From Halarcobacter sp. (GTDB lineage: Bacteria; Campylobacterota; Campylobacteria; Campylobacterales; Arcobacteraceae): DNA of 64,000 bases. Below, piece after piece: positions 9,667-19,596 of the stretch (position 1 is its first letter; every line of letters starts with the position of its first letter). The notes below the pieces were generated by a model, which searched no databases, was not told the DNA's origin, and saw only the letters and a list, made by a program, of their open reading frames with translations. Both the position numbers and the translations under genes were made by a program. Location of the stretch: the NCBI GenBank assembly GCA_963676565.1, contig OY781089.1:2400001-2464000 (forward strand), given 5' to 3'.

Positions 9667-10733
9667 TGGGTTATGTCGCAATTAAAGGTGGTGAAGAGGC
9701 TATTAATAACTCATTAGCCTTTTATGAAGATAGAATCACTGAAAAACAAAATATCAATGAAGTTGATATAGAAAATTCATTAACATTTGCCGTTGATAAA
9801 GTGATTAGTGAGGGAAGTTTATATTCAAAAAAACTATCTTCAATAGCTATAAAAAAAGCTGGTGGAGATTTATTAAATGCTTCATTTTTCTTAAGGGCCC
9901 ATAGAAGTAGTTGTGCAAGAGCTGGTATTGCTAAAACTATTGATATAAATGATATGAGAATCACCAGAAGAATCTCATCAGCTTTTAAAGATATTAAAGG
10001 GGGACAAATATTAGGTCCTTCAAATGATTATGAAGTAAAACTAATATTAAAAAAATCATTAAATAAAACTATTTGGAATGATTATAATGATGATGATATT
10101 TTTGTGGAATCAGCTTTAACTCCATTAAGAGAAAAAGGGATTGTTAAAACTCTTCCAAAAGATAAAGAGATAAGTGATATTACAAGAAACTTCCCAACAC
10201 CTCCTTACCCAAGAAGTGCAGTTTTACAGATTATGAGTAGAGGTGAAACTGGTTCAATGCTTGGGTTTGCTTACACTTCAATGAGAGGTTATGGTGATGT
10301 TCACCCAACAATTGGTGATTTAAGACTTGGAAGCTGTGAACTTAGATTTACCCATCCCTTTACTAAAAATGAAGTAAAAGTTGGTGAAATAGATGCAACA
10401 TCTTGTGAAACAGCAGCTACTTTAGAAAAGCAAGATGATGGAACTATGAAGTTATCAACTGGTTTTGGGTTTTGTTTTGGGTTTAATGAAACAAAAGCTA
10501 TTTCAATGAGTATTCTTGATACTTCACTTTATAACACTGCTTATACAATAGGTGAAGGGAGCATTGCAAGTAATTTTGAAATGATTATTCACCATATAGA
10601 TGGAATTGAATCAATGGGATTTACTAATCACTATAAACTTCCTCACTATGTAACTTTCCAAGCAGATTTACAAGTTCTTGCAAATGCAACTGAACATTCT
10701 AAAAGTGAAGAATCTAAAAAGGATAATAAATGA
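9666..10733 (+). CDS. phnI: C-P lyase complex subunit PhnI
   Basis: MGYVAIKGGEEAI, RRISSAFKDIKGGQILG, RGYGDVHPTIGDLR, HYKLPHYVTFQA. Confidence 0.97.
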   Translation: MGYVAIKGGEEAINNSLAFYEDRITEKQNINEVDIENSLTFAVDKVISEGSLYSKKLSSIAIKKAGGDLLNASFFLRAHRSSCARAGIAKTIDINDMRITRRISSAFKDIKGGQILGPSNDYEVKLILKKSLNKTIWNDYNDDDIFVESALTPLREKGIVKTLPKDKEISDITRNFPTPPYPRSAVLQIMSRGETGSMLGFAYTSMRGYGDVHPTIGDLRLGSCELRFTHPFTKNEVKVGEIDATSCETAATLEKQDDGTMKLSTGFGFCFGFNETKAISMSILDTSLYNTAYTIGEGSIASNFEMIIHHIDGIESMGFTNHYKLPHYVTFQADLQVLANATEHSKSEESKKDNK

Positions 10734-11554
10734 TATATGGTTTTTTAGATGAAGATGCAAAAAAAGAGATAAGAAGAAGTATCTTAAAAGCTATTGCAAT
10801 ACCTGGATATCAAGTTTCTTTTGCAAGTAGAGAATTACCAATAGCTAGAGGTTGGGGAACAGGTGGCCTTCAACTAACCCTCTCAATTATAAATGAAGAG
10901 GATGTTTTAAAGGTAATTGACCAAGGTTGTGATGGAAGTGTAAATGCTGTAAATATTAGAAATTTCATAACTTCTGTTACAGGAAATAAAACAACAATCA
11001 ATTTAAATGAAGCAGATATTATTCAAACAAGACATAGAATCCCTGAATTTGAATTAAGTGAGGGTCAGACTTTAGTTTTTCAAGTACCCTACCCTGAAGT
11101 TTTAACAAATGTTGAAGCAAATACATATAAACAAAAACTAATGCATGCAAATAGTGATTATGCAAAACTTTGGGTTTTATTATATGAAGATACTGCACAA
11201 TTTGGTGATAGTAGAATTGGTCATAGATACCCTGTTATGGTAAATAACAGATATGCGATGGACCCAAGTCCAATTCCAAAATATGATACACCAAAACTAA
11301 ATCAAAGTAAAGCATTAATGCTATTTGGAGCAGGTAGAGAAAAGAAAATTTATGCAATCCCACCTTATACAAACGTAGAACCTCTTAAGTTTGAAGATAA
11401 AGAGTTCAAAGTAGAAAAATTTAAAGATAAATTTTGTCAAAGATGTGGTTCTAGTGGTGTTTACATGGATGAAGTTTATGATGAAAATGGCACTGCTAAA
11501 TTTTACTGTAATGACACAGCATATTGTGATAGCAAGTTAGAGGCAAAAAAATGA
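10730..11554 (+). CDS. phnJ: Alpha-D-ribose 1-methylphosphonate 5-phosphate C-P lyase (radical SAM)
   Basis: LKAIAIPGYQVSFASRELPIARGWGTGG, IIQTRHRIPE, LFGAGREKKIYAIPPYT, C-terminal CQRC...YCNDTAYC. Confidence 0.98.
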   Translation: MIYGFLDEDAKKEIRRSILKAIAIPGYQVSFASRELPIARGWGTGGLQLTLSIINEEDVLKVIDQGCDGSVNAVNIRNFITSVTGNKTTINLNEADIIQTRHRIPEFELSEGQTLVFQVPYPEVLTNVEANTYKQKLMHANSDYAKLWVLLYEDTAQFGDSRIGHRYPVMVNNRYAMDPSPIPKYDTPKLNQSKALMLFGAGREKKIYAIPPYTNVEPLKFEDKEFKVEKFKDKFCQRCGSSGVYMDEVYDENGTAKFYCNDTAYCDSKLEAKK

Positions 11555-12387
11555 TACTTGATTTAAAGAATGTTAATAAAGTTTATGGTGAATTTTGCAA
11601 TAAATGCCTAAGTTTAACTGGCTCAAAATTTAATAGCTCAATTTGTCCAAATTGTGGAAGTGTAGTTGCAGTAAATAATATAAATCTTCATCTAAATAAA
11701 GGGGAGGTTTTAGGAATAGTTGGGGAAAGTGGTAGCGGGAAATCTACACTTTTACAACTAATTTACCAAGACCAAAAGGCAAGTGCTGGAGTGATTCACT
11801 TAGATAATTATCTAGATAAATTAGGAAATTATAAAAATATTTTAGATGCTGGAGCAAATGAACTAAATTATCTAAGAGATGAGTTGATGTCTATGATTTA
11901 TCAAAACCCAAGACTAGGACTTAATTATCAATTTAGTGCAGGTGGAAACATCGCTGAAAAAGTGATTATGAGTGGAACTAAAAAATATGAAGAGATTAGA
12001 CAAAGAGCTTTATATTTTTTAGAAAAAACTGAAATCCCAGTTGAAAGAATTGATGATTATCCAGATAGATTTAGTGGAGGTCAACAACAAAGAATTCAAA
12101 TCTCTAAAGCTTTATCATCCAATCCAAAGATACTATTGCTTGATGAACCGACTACTGGGCTTGATTTATCAGTTCAAGCAAAAATACTTGATTTAATCAA
12201 AGAGCTTCAAAAAGAGATAGGTTTTGCTATGGTAATTGTATCTCATGATTTAGGGGTAATAAAACACTTAACAGATATTTCAATAGTTATGAAAAATGGT
12301 GAAGTTGTAGAGTATGGATTAACAGATCAAATACTTGAAGACCCTCAACATCCGTATACTCAAACTTTAGTATCAAGTATTTTGTAA
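11551..12387 (+). CDS. phnK: C-P lyase ABC-type ATPase PhnK
   Basis: GESGSGKS, SAGGNIAE, FSGGQQQRIQ, DEPTTGLDLSVQA, DQILEDPQHPYTQ. Confidence 0.95.
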   Translation: MILDLKNVNKVYGEFCNKCLSLTGSKFNSSICPNCGSVVAVNNINLHLNKGEVLGIVGESGSGKSTLLQLIYQDQKASAGVIHLDNYLDKLGNYKNILDAGANELNYLRDELMSMIYQNPRLGLNYQFSAGGNIAEKVIMSGTKKYEEIRQRALYFLEKTEIPVERIDDYPDRFSGGQQQRIQISKALSSNPKILLLDEPTTGLDLSVQAKILDLIKELQKEIGFAMVIVSHDLGVIKHLTDISIVMKNGEVVEYGLTDQILEDPQHPYTQTLVSSIL

Positions 12388-12396
12388 GGAGAAATT

Positions 12397-13101
12397 ATGG
12401 AAAAAATAAAAGTTAGAAATCTTTGCAAAGAGTTTACTGTGCATACTAGAGGTGGAATAAAAATTAATGGATTCAAAGATATAAATTTTGAAGTAAACAA
12501 AGGTGAGTTTTTATCACTATTTGGTCCAAGTGGTATGGGTAAATCTTCAATTTTAAAGACTATTTTTAGAACATATACAACAACTTCCGGAGATATTATT
12601 TTCACAAAAGAAAATGGACAAAGTGAAAATATAGCTACTTGTGATGAAAGTTCTATGTTAAAACTAAGAAAAGAAGAGATTGGTTATGTATCTCAGTTTT
12701 TACAAGTATTACCAAGAATTAGTGCTGTTGATGTTGTAGCCCAACCACTTATTGATAAAGGTGAAGAAAAAATTATAGCCCAAGAAAAAGCAAAAGAGTT
12801 ATTAGACTTTTTAGGAATCAAAAAAGAACTATTTGATATCTCACCTTTGACTTTTAGTGGTGGTGAGCAACAAAGAGTAAATATAGCAAAAGGGATAATT
12901 GCTCCAAAATCTGTTTTACTTTTAGATGAACCAACTGCATCATTAGATAAAACAAATACTATGAAAGTGATTGAAAGATTAATGAAAATAAAAGAGGATG
13001 GCGTAGCTATGATTGGGATATTTCACGATATTGATGCCATGAATACAATAAGTGATAAATTATTTGATATAAGGGAAAAAAGATATGCAAACAATTATTA
13101 G
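12397..13101 (+). CDS. phnL: C-P lyase ABC-type ATPase PhnL
   Basis: GPSGMGKS, IGYVSQFL..LPR, TFSGGEQQRVNIA, LDEPTASLD, GIFHD. Confidence 0.95.
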   Translation: MEKIKVRNLCKEFTVHTRGGIKINGFKDINFEVNKGEFLSLFGPSGMGKSSILKTIFRTYTTTSGDIIFTKENGQSENIATCDESSMLKLRKEEIGYVSQFLQVLPRISAVDVVAQPLIDKGEEKIIAQEKAKELLDFLGIKKELFDISPLTFSGGEQQRVNIAKGIIAPKSVLLLDEPTASLDKTNTMKVIERLMKIKEDGVAMIGIFHDIDAMNTISDKLFDIREKRYANNY

Positions 13102-14230
13102 AAGTAAAAATGTTTTAATTGATGGTTGTTTTAAAGCTGCTGATATAGTTATACAAGGGGATAAAATCACTTCTGTAAAAACTTACCAAACTTTAGATGT
13201 AGCAATTGATTTAGGAGAAAGAAGAATAGTTCCTGGATTTGTTGATTTACATGGTGATGCTATTGAAAAAGAGATTGAACCAAGACCTGGAGCTAGATTT
13301 CCCACTTCTATGGCAGTAGTTGAACTTGATAAAAAACTTTCTATGGCAGGAGTTACAACAATGTATCATGCCATTGGTTTTAATGATGAAGAGTTAAGTA
13401 AAGGAAGAGGAACACAACAATCAAAAGAGTTAATTGAAGAGATTTTTAAAGCAAATAAAAATCATTTAGGGGTTGATAATCTAGTTCATGCAAGATTTGA
13501 AATCACTAGTGAAAGTTCCCTTGAAACAATTAAACAGTTAATCATTGATAAAAAAGTGGATATGTTATCTATTATGGATCATAGTCCGGGACAAGGTCAA
13601 TTTAAAACTTTAGAATCATGGAAAAAGTATCACTTGTCTGCATATGAAATTCAAGATGAAGATGTAGATGAATACCTAAAGAATAAATCTTCAAAAGATA
13701 AAGTTGGTATTGTAGAAGAGTTAGTAAACTTTGGACTTGAGCATAAAATTCCAGTTTTAAGTCACGATGATGATTGCGAAGAAAAACTAAATACTTTAAA
13801 AAATCTAGGAGTTACTTTTTCAGAATTTCCACTAAGTGTAGATGTTGCTAAAAAAGCTAAACAGATGAATATTAGTACAGGAATGGGTGCACCAAATGTT
13901 GTAAGAGGTGGAAGCCAGAGTGGAAACATTGCTGCAAAAATCTTAGTAGAACAAGGTGTTTGTGATTATTTATGTAGCGACTATCATCCTGCATCACTTT
14001 TAATGAGTCCATATAGATTAAAAGAAGATGTTGAACTATCACTAGAGCAAGGTTTTGCTATGATTAGTACAACACCAGCAAAACTTGCAGGGTTAAAAGA
14101 TAGAGGTGAAATTGCTGAGGGGAAATTAGCTGACATAGCTGTTATTGATGAATCACATTTCCCTAAAATAGTACTTACTTTTAAAGATGGGGAGATAGTT
14201 TACAATGGAATTAGAGGATTCAAAATCTAA
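13085..14230 (+). CDS. phnM: Alpha-D-ribose 1-methylphosphonate 5-triphosphate diphosphatase
   Basis: PGFVDLHGD, MDHSPGQGQF, SHDDD, SEFP, GAPNVVRGGSQSGN, SDYHPASL. Confidence 0.96.
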   Translation: MQTIIRSKNVLIDGCFKAADIVIQGDKITSVKTYQTLDVAIDLGERRIVPGFVDLHGDAIEKEIEPRPGARFPTSMAVVELDKKLSMAGVTTMYHAIGFNDEELSKGRGTQQSKELIEEIFKANKNHLGVDNLVHARFEITSESSLETIKQLIIDKKVDMLSIMDHSPGQGQFKTLESWKKYHLSAYEIQDEDVDEYLKNKSSKDKVGIVEELVNFGLEHKIPVLSHDDDCEEKLNTLKNLGVTFSEFPLSVDVAKKAKQMNISTGMGAPNVVRGGSQSGNIAAKILVEQGVCDYLCSDYHPASLLMSPYRLKEDVELSLEQGFAMISTTPAKLAGLKDRGEIAEGKLADIAVIDESHFPKIVLTFKDGEIVYNGIRGFKI

Positions 14231-14869
14231 ATGAAAAAAATAGACTCACTAAACCTTTCAAAAAAGAAGATATTGGGGGATGAACCGTTAATTCATGATG
14301 AATGTATCATAAAAGATTCATCTTTTGGTAAATATGTTGAAATAGGTATAAATAATAATATCCAAGAGAGTATAATAGATGATTACAGTTATACAAGTGA
14401 GTATTGCCAAATCATCTATTCAGAGATAAAAAAATTTTCAAATATTGCTTCATTTGTAAGATTAAATCCCGGTCAACATCCAAAACACTGGCCATGTCAA
14501 CATCATATGCTTTATAGAAAAGAGATGTATGGATTTGGAAAAAATGATGATAGTTTTTTCAACTGGCGGAGGGAAAAAAAAGTAACTATAGGTAATGATA
14601 CTTGGATTGGTCATAATGTAACTATTATGGGTGGAGTTACTATTGGAAATGGTGCGGTTATTGGAAGTGGTTCAATAGTAACAAAAGATATTCCTCCATA
14701 TGCAATTGCTGTTGGAAATCCAGCAAAAGTTATAAAGTTTAGATTTGAAGAAAAAACAATACAAAAACTTCAAGATATAGCTTGGTGGGATTGGTCTCAT
14801 GAAAAAATAAATAGATGTTTAGATGATTTAAAAAATCTTGAACTTTTTATAGAAAAATATGGTAGATAA
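14231..14869 (+). CDS. Hexapeptide-repeat (CatB/XAT-like) acetyltransferase, phosphonate-associated
   Basis: [55 protein letters not shown]...IAWWDW. Confidence 0.88.
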   Translation: MKKIDSLNLSKKKILGDEPLIHDECIIKDSSFGKYVEIGINNNIQESIIDDYSYTSEYCQIIYSEIKKFSNIASFVRLNPGQHPKHWPCQHHMLYRKEMYGFGKNDDSFFNWRREKKVTIGNDTWIGHNVTIMGGVTIGNGAVIGSGSIVTKDIPPYAIAVGNPAKVIKFRFEEKTIQKLQDIAWWDWSHEKINRCLDDLKNLELFIEKYGR

Positions 14870-14872
14870 TTA

Positions 14873-15385
14873 ATGCAAAAAATAGTTTTAATAGTTGGTG
14901 CTAGCGGTGTTGGTAAGGACTCTTTGTTAAAGATAATTAAATCAAAAATAGATGCAAACTTTGTAAAAAGATATATAACAAGAATACCTGATGAAAATGA
15001 ATCAAACTACTTTATTGATGAAGAAGCCTTTACTATTTTAAAAAACAACAATTATTTTGTATCATCGTGGTATGCACATGGAAACTCTTATGCAATAGCA
15101 CACAATCAAATAAAAAAGGGTTTAAATATAATTTCTATTTCAAGAAGTGCAATAAAAGATTTTGAAAAAATTTTTCAAGATGTTATAACTATAAATATAA
15201 CTGTTCCAAAAGAGACTTTAAGGGAAAGATTAAAGAAAAGAGGAAGAGAAACTTTTGAAGAAATAGAAAATAGACTAAATAGGAGTAGTATAGAAATATA
15301 TGCAAAAGATTTAGTAGAGTTTGAAAATTTAAATGATTTAGAAACATCTTCTAAAAAACTTATTGAGATTTTAAAAAATATATAA
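14873..15385 (+). CDS. phnN: Ribose 1,5-bisphosphate phosphokinase
   Basis: VGASGVGKDSL, RYITR, WYAHGNSY, RLKKRGRE. Confidence 0.92.
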   Translation: MQKIVLIVGASGVGKDSLLKIIKSKIDANFVKRYITRIPDENESNYFIDEEAFTILKNNNYFVSSWYAHGNSYAIAHNQIKKGLNIISISRSAIKDFEKIFQDVITINITVPKETLRERLKKRGRETFEEIENRLNRSSIEIYAKDLVEFENLNDLETSSKKLIEILKNI

Positions 15386-15394
15386 AATAACTTT

Positions 15395-16603
15395 ATGGTA
15401 AACAAATTTTTTATTGCTGGGACATTAAAGTATGTATTAGGTTTAAGTATTACTACAACAATTGGTTATGGCACTTTATTCTACTCCTTTACAATAATGT
15501 CCCAAGAGTTTGAGAAAGAATTTTTATGGTCAAAAACCTTTATTTTTGGGATATTTTCTTTAGGTATTTTTTTAGGGGGATTGCTAGCACCCAAAATAGG
15601 AAAACTTCTTGATAGTCATGGTGCAAGAGTTGTTATGTCTGTTGGTTCTTTGTTATGTGCTTTAGGTTTGTTTTTTGTCTCAAATATTCAATCTCAATTA
15701 AACTATATCTTTTCTATAATATTTTTAGAAATAGTCTCAACTTTGGTTTTATATGAAGCTGCTTTTGTGGCATTTTCCCAATTGGCTGGAAATAAAGCTA
15801 GACTTCCAATAACTCAAATCACACTAATAGCAGGTTTTGCATCAACTATTTTTTGGCCATTGATAAGTTTTTTACTTTCTTTTTTATCATGGAGAGAAGT
15901 TTATTCGATATTGGCATTTTTTCATCTTTTTATAGCTTTGCCAATTCATTTTTTTATCTTAAAAAAAGATGTTCTTATTAAAACTGATATGAAATTTTCA
16001 AATAGTTTTGATGACTCTTTAGAATTAGAAGGAAAAATAAGAAAAAAATCTTTAATTCTTGTTGGAACCGTATTTTCACTAATGGCAATCCCAATTACAG
16101 TAATGCAAACACACTTTTTAGGACTTATGAGTGGGTTTGGTATCGAAATGACTTCAGCTATTGCCCTTGGGGCTTTAATTGGTCCGTCACAAGTTGGCTC
16201 TAGAATTATAGAAATTACACTATCAAAAAAAATCACGCCAATTACTTCTGGAATATTTTCAACTTTTGTTATGAGTTTAGGAATTTTAGCCCTATATTTT
16301 AGTGGCTATGACATATTGCTTGCAACATTTTTTGTAGTATTATATGGAGCAGGACAAGGTTTAACTGATATTATAAGAGGCTCAATTCCTTTATATTTAT
16401 TTGGAAAAGACAATTTAGGAAAAACAACAGGTGGGATAAATCTATATAGAAATGTCATAGTTTCCTTAGTACCATTTGGTTTTGCGTTTTTTATGGAAAC
16501 CTTTGGGATAAGAACTTCAACACTATTTTTAGTTTTTATAACAAGCTTTGCAATGATTATATTAATAATACTAAATAAAAAAGTTTTAAAGGATTTAAAA
16601 TGA
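15395..16603 (+). CDS. MFS transporter
   Basis: About 12 TM segments; GKLLDSHGAR motif A; ITLIAGFASTIFWP and GPSQV..R segments. Confidence 0.88.
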   Translation: MVNKFFIAGTLKYVLGLSITTTIGYGTLFYSFTIMSQEFEKEFLWSKTFIFGIFSLGIFLGGLLAPKIGKLLDSHGARVVMSVGSLLCALGLFFVSNIQSQLNYIFSIIFLEIVSTLVLYEAAFVAFSQLAGNKARLPITQITLIAGFASTIFWPLISFLLSFLSWREVYSILAFFHLFIALPIHFFILKKDVLIKTDMKFSNSFDDSLELEGKIRKKSLILVGTVFSLMAIPITVMQTHFLGLMSGFGIEMTSAIALGALIGPSQVGSRIIEITLSKKITPITSGIFSTFVMSLGILALYFSGYDILLATFFVVLYGAGQGLTDIIRGSIPLYLFGKDNLGKTTGGINLYRNVIVSLVPFGFAFFMETFGIRTSTLFLVFITSFAMIILIILNKKVLKDLK

Positions 16604-17349
16604 ATCTAAGATTTTTAGGAACAGCAGATAGCAGTGGAATACCAACTCATAATTGTAAATGTATAATATGTGAAGAGTATAGAAATAAAGGAATAAAAAA
16701 TCTAGCTACAAATGCATATTTAGAATCTACAAATAATGAGATAATATTACTTGATGCAGGGATAGAAAGTATTTCAGAGATTTTTGATAGTAAAACGATT
16801 AAAGCTATTTTTCTTACGCACTTTCATGCAGACCATGTTTTAGGGCTATTAAGACTTAGATATAGTAGCGATGAAATCACATGTTATCATCCTAAAGATA
16901 ATGATGGTTTTGCAGATTTATTTAAACACAAAAAAGCAATTAAATATATAGAGAATACTCCCTTTGAAAAAATTGTAATAAACAATATAGAGTTTTATCC
17001 AGTGCCTTTGAAACACTCTAAAAATACTACTGGATATATAATAAAAAATAAAGAAAAAACAATAGCTTATCTAACTGATTGTGGGGGTATTAGTGAAAAA
17101 TCTATGCAGTTTTTAAAATCTTTTGATTTAGATGAGTGTTACATAGATGCAGGCGCGAATCCAAACATCGAAAATAAAAACCATTTAGATTATATACAAG
17201 GAACAAAAGTTCTAGATGAAATAGGTGCTAAAAACTCTTTTTTAATTCATTGTAACCATAAAGTTTTAAGTACTATAAAAAAAGAAGAAATAAAATTAAA
17301 ATATAAGTATATCGATAAGACTGTAAATTTAGCAATATCTGTAAGATGA
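16600..17349 (+). CDS. phnP: Phosphoribosyl 1,2-cyclic phosphodiesterase (metallo-beta-lactamase fold)
   Basis: LGTADSSGIP...CKC.IC, LLDAG, THFHADH, LKHSK.T.GY, AYLTD. Confidence 0.93.
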   Translation: MNLRFLGTADSSGIPTHNCKCIICEEYRNKGIKNLATNAYLESTNNEIILLDAGIESISEIFDSKTIKAIFLTHFHADHVLGLLRLRYSSDEITCYHPKDNDGFADLFKHKKAIKYIENTPFEKIVINNIEFYPVPLKHSKNTTGYIIKNKEKTIAYLTDCGGISEKSMQFLKSFDLDECYIDAGANPNIENKNHLDYIQGTKVLDEIGAKNSFLIHCNHKVLSTIKKEEIKLKYKYIDKTVNLAISVR

Positions 17350-17503
17350 ATATTTAAAATATGTCAAGCTGCAATTTTTTCATATCAAAATCCTTTTTAT
17401 CATCTATGCCAAGTATATTATAATTTACTTTTAAAGCATAGATAAAAGAAATAAAAGAGATAATATTAAAAAATTATTTAAATAATTTACAGAGGTTAAA
17501 TAA

Positions 17504-18292
17504 ATGAAAAGTTTAAAAAAGAAATTAACTATTGGAGTATTTAGCTTAAGCATATTATTCCCACTATATCTATTTTCAGACACACTAAGAATAGCTACAG
17601 ATGAATGGTGTCCTTATGATTGTTTAGCAGGACAAAATGATGGAAAATTTGGTTATTTAGGTGATTTATTAGTTGAGACTATGAAATCAAGAGGTCATAA
17701 AGTAGAGTTTGTAGAAGTTAGTTATACTCGTGGTTTAGAATTAGTACGAGAAGGAAAATTAGATGGCACTATGGCTTGTTTTAGAGAAGAAGCACCTGAT
17801 TTTATTTTTCCAGATTTTGCTCTTGGGAAAAGTAACAGTACTTTTTTTAGTCTTAAAAACTCTACTTGGGAATACTCAGGAACAAAATCTCTAAAAGAAG
17901 CCAAAATGATTGGTATAATTGATGGCTATGACTATGTTGACCCAACTGTAATGGAATATATTAATAAAAATCCAAAAAATATTTTAGCAATAAAAGGTGA
18001 AAAACCATTAGAAAGATTATTAGAAATGTTGATTAATGGTCGTATAACAACAATTATTGAAGACAGAAGTGTTTTAGAATATAAAATCAATCAAATGGGT
18101 AAAGCTGACTTGATAAAAGTAGCTGGTGTGACAGATGTAGTAATTGACGTATTTGCTAGTTTCTCACCTAAAAAAGAAAACTCAAAAGCGTATGCCAAAA
18201 TTTTATCTGAAGAAACTATAAAAATGAGAGAAGATGGAAGATTAAAAGTTTTATTAGATAAATATGGAATTAAAGATTGGCAATCTAAGTAA
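17504..18292 (+). CDS. Periplasmic substrate-binding protein (family 3-like)
   Basis: Signal peptide, ATDEWCPY, C-terminal MREDGRLKVLLDKYG. Confidence 0.82.
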   Translation: MKSLKKKLTIGVFSLSILFPLYLFSDTLRIATDEWCPYDCLAGQNDGKFGYLGDLLVETMKSRGHKVEFVEVSYTRGLELVREGKLDGTMACFREEAPDFIFPDFALGKSNSTFFSLKNSTWEYSGTKSLKEAKMIGIIDGYDYVDPTVMEYINKNPKNILAIKGEKPLERLLEMLINGRITTIIEDRSVLEYKINQMGKADLIKVAGVTDVVIDVFASFSPKKENSKAYAKILSEETIKMREDGRLKVLLDKYGIKDWQSK

Positions 18293-18296
18293 TATT

Positions 18297-19541
18297 ATGT
18301 TTAGCTCTTTATTAAAACGTTTCCGTCAAAATATTGCATTACATTTACTAACTACTATTTTTAGTTTTTATTTTTTAGTTGCAGTTCTTGTAACTGTAGT
18401 TCAACTTTATAAAGAGTATGAAGACACTAAATCTAAATTCTACAAAGAGATTCAAACCTTACCAGCTACTTTTAATAGAGGTATTGTTGACTCCGTTTGG
18501 ACATATAATAAAGAGTTATTACAATCTATTTTATTAGGTATGCATAATTTACCTATTGTCGTGGGAATTAAAGTTGAATCAATTGATCATAAAATGGATT
18601 TCAAAATAGGAGCAGTTTTAAATGAAAAAAATGAGATAAGCTATTATGATTCTTCAGGGAAAATAACAGAGCAAAAAGAGTTTGGGTTAGGTACTGATAC
18701 ACTGTTTAAACATGAATTTCCTATGGAATATACAGGAGTGGCTTTTGAACAAAAAGTGCCTTTAGGTCAAGTTACACTATACTCAAATAATCAACTAGTA
18801 TTTGATAGAGTTAAATATGGTTTTATTCTTATTTTAATCAATTCGATTATCAAAACAATTGCACTATGGTTTATTATATATTACTTTATAAGAAAATATT
18901 TAGGACAACCTTTAGAGGAATTTACTACTAAAATACGTAAACAAGATATACATTTTCCGCAAGCTATTGATTTAAATATTCCTTGGACAGATACAAATGA
19001 ATTATATGTATTAAAAGATAGTTATAATCAAATGATAGCACGTTTAAATAAGCACAAAGTCCTTAGTATTACAGATAAATTAACAGGAGTTTTTAATAGA
19101 CTAAAACTTGATGAAGTACTTAATGACGAATTTAATCGTAGTAGTCGTTTCAAAAGTAACTTTGGAGTAATTATTATAGATATTGATTACTTCAAAAAAA
19201 TTAATGATACTTTTGGTCATTTAGTTGGGGATCAAGTACTTATTGAATTTGCCAAAATTCTTGAGACAAATATTCGTAAAATTGATGTCTTAGGACGTTG
19301 GGGAGGAGAAGAGTTTATGATAATATGTCCTGAAACTAATTTTCAAGGTACTATAAAAGTAGCCCAGTCTCTTCGTGAAATAATTAGTGAATATGAGTTT
19401 TCAACTGTTAATAAAATTAGCGCAAGTTTTGGTATATCAGCATATAATAAAAATGATGAGAATATAGATAAAATCATTGCACGTGCAGATAGTGCTTTAT
19501 ATAAAGCAAAAGTAAATGGTAGAAATAGAGTTGAAGGGTAA
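18297..19541 (+). CDS. Membrane-anchored diguanylate cyclase (periplasmic domain, HAMP-like linker, GGDEF)
   Basis: Two TM segments, TDKLTGVFNR, DIDYFKKINDTFGH.VGD, RKID I-site, RWGGEEF. ATG 18297 preferred over 18264. Confidence 0.92.
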   Translation: MFSSLLKRFRQNIALHLLTTIFSFYFLVAVLVTVVQLYKEYEDTKSKFYKEIQTLPATFNRGIVDSVWTYNKELLQSILLGMHNLPIVVGIKVESIDHKMDFKIGAVLNEKNEISYYDSSGKITEQKEFGLGTDTLFKHEFPMEYTGVAFEQKVPLGQVTLYSNNQLVFDRVKYGFILILINSIIKTIALWFIIYYFIRKYLGQPLEEFTTKIRKQDIHFPQAIDLNIPWTDTNELYVLKDSYNQMIARLNKHKVLSITDKLTGVFNRLKLDEVLNDEFNRSSRFKSNFGVIIIDIDYFKKINDTFGHLVGDQVLIEFAKILETNIRKIDVLGRWGGEEFMIICPETNFQGTIKVAQSLREIISEYEFSTVNKISASFGISAYNKNDENIDKIIARADSALYKAKVNGRNRVEG

Positions 19542-19596
19542 ATATAATTAAGTTTTAAAACAAAACAAGTATTGATGTTGGGATAGGTGCTTATAG

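Noticed and set aside
14231..14869. Chloramphenicol or streptogramin resistance gene (catB/vat)
   Set aside because: The fold is similar, but the gene is embedded between phnM and phnN, where such transferases commonly occur; resistance is not supported.
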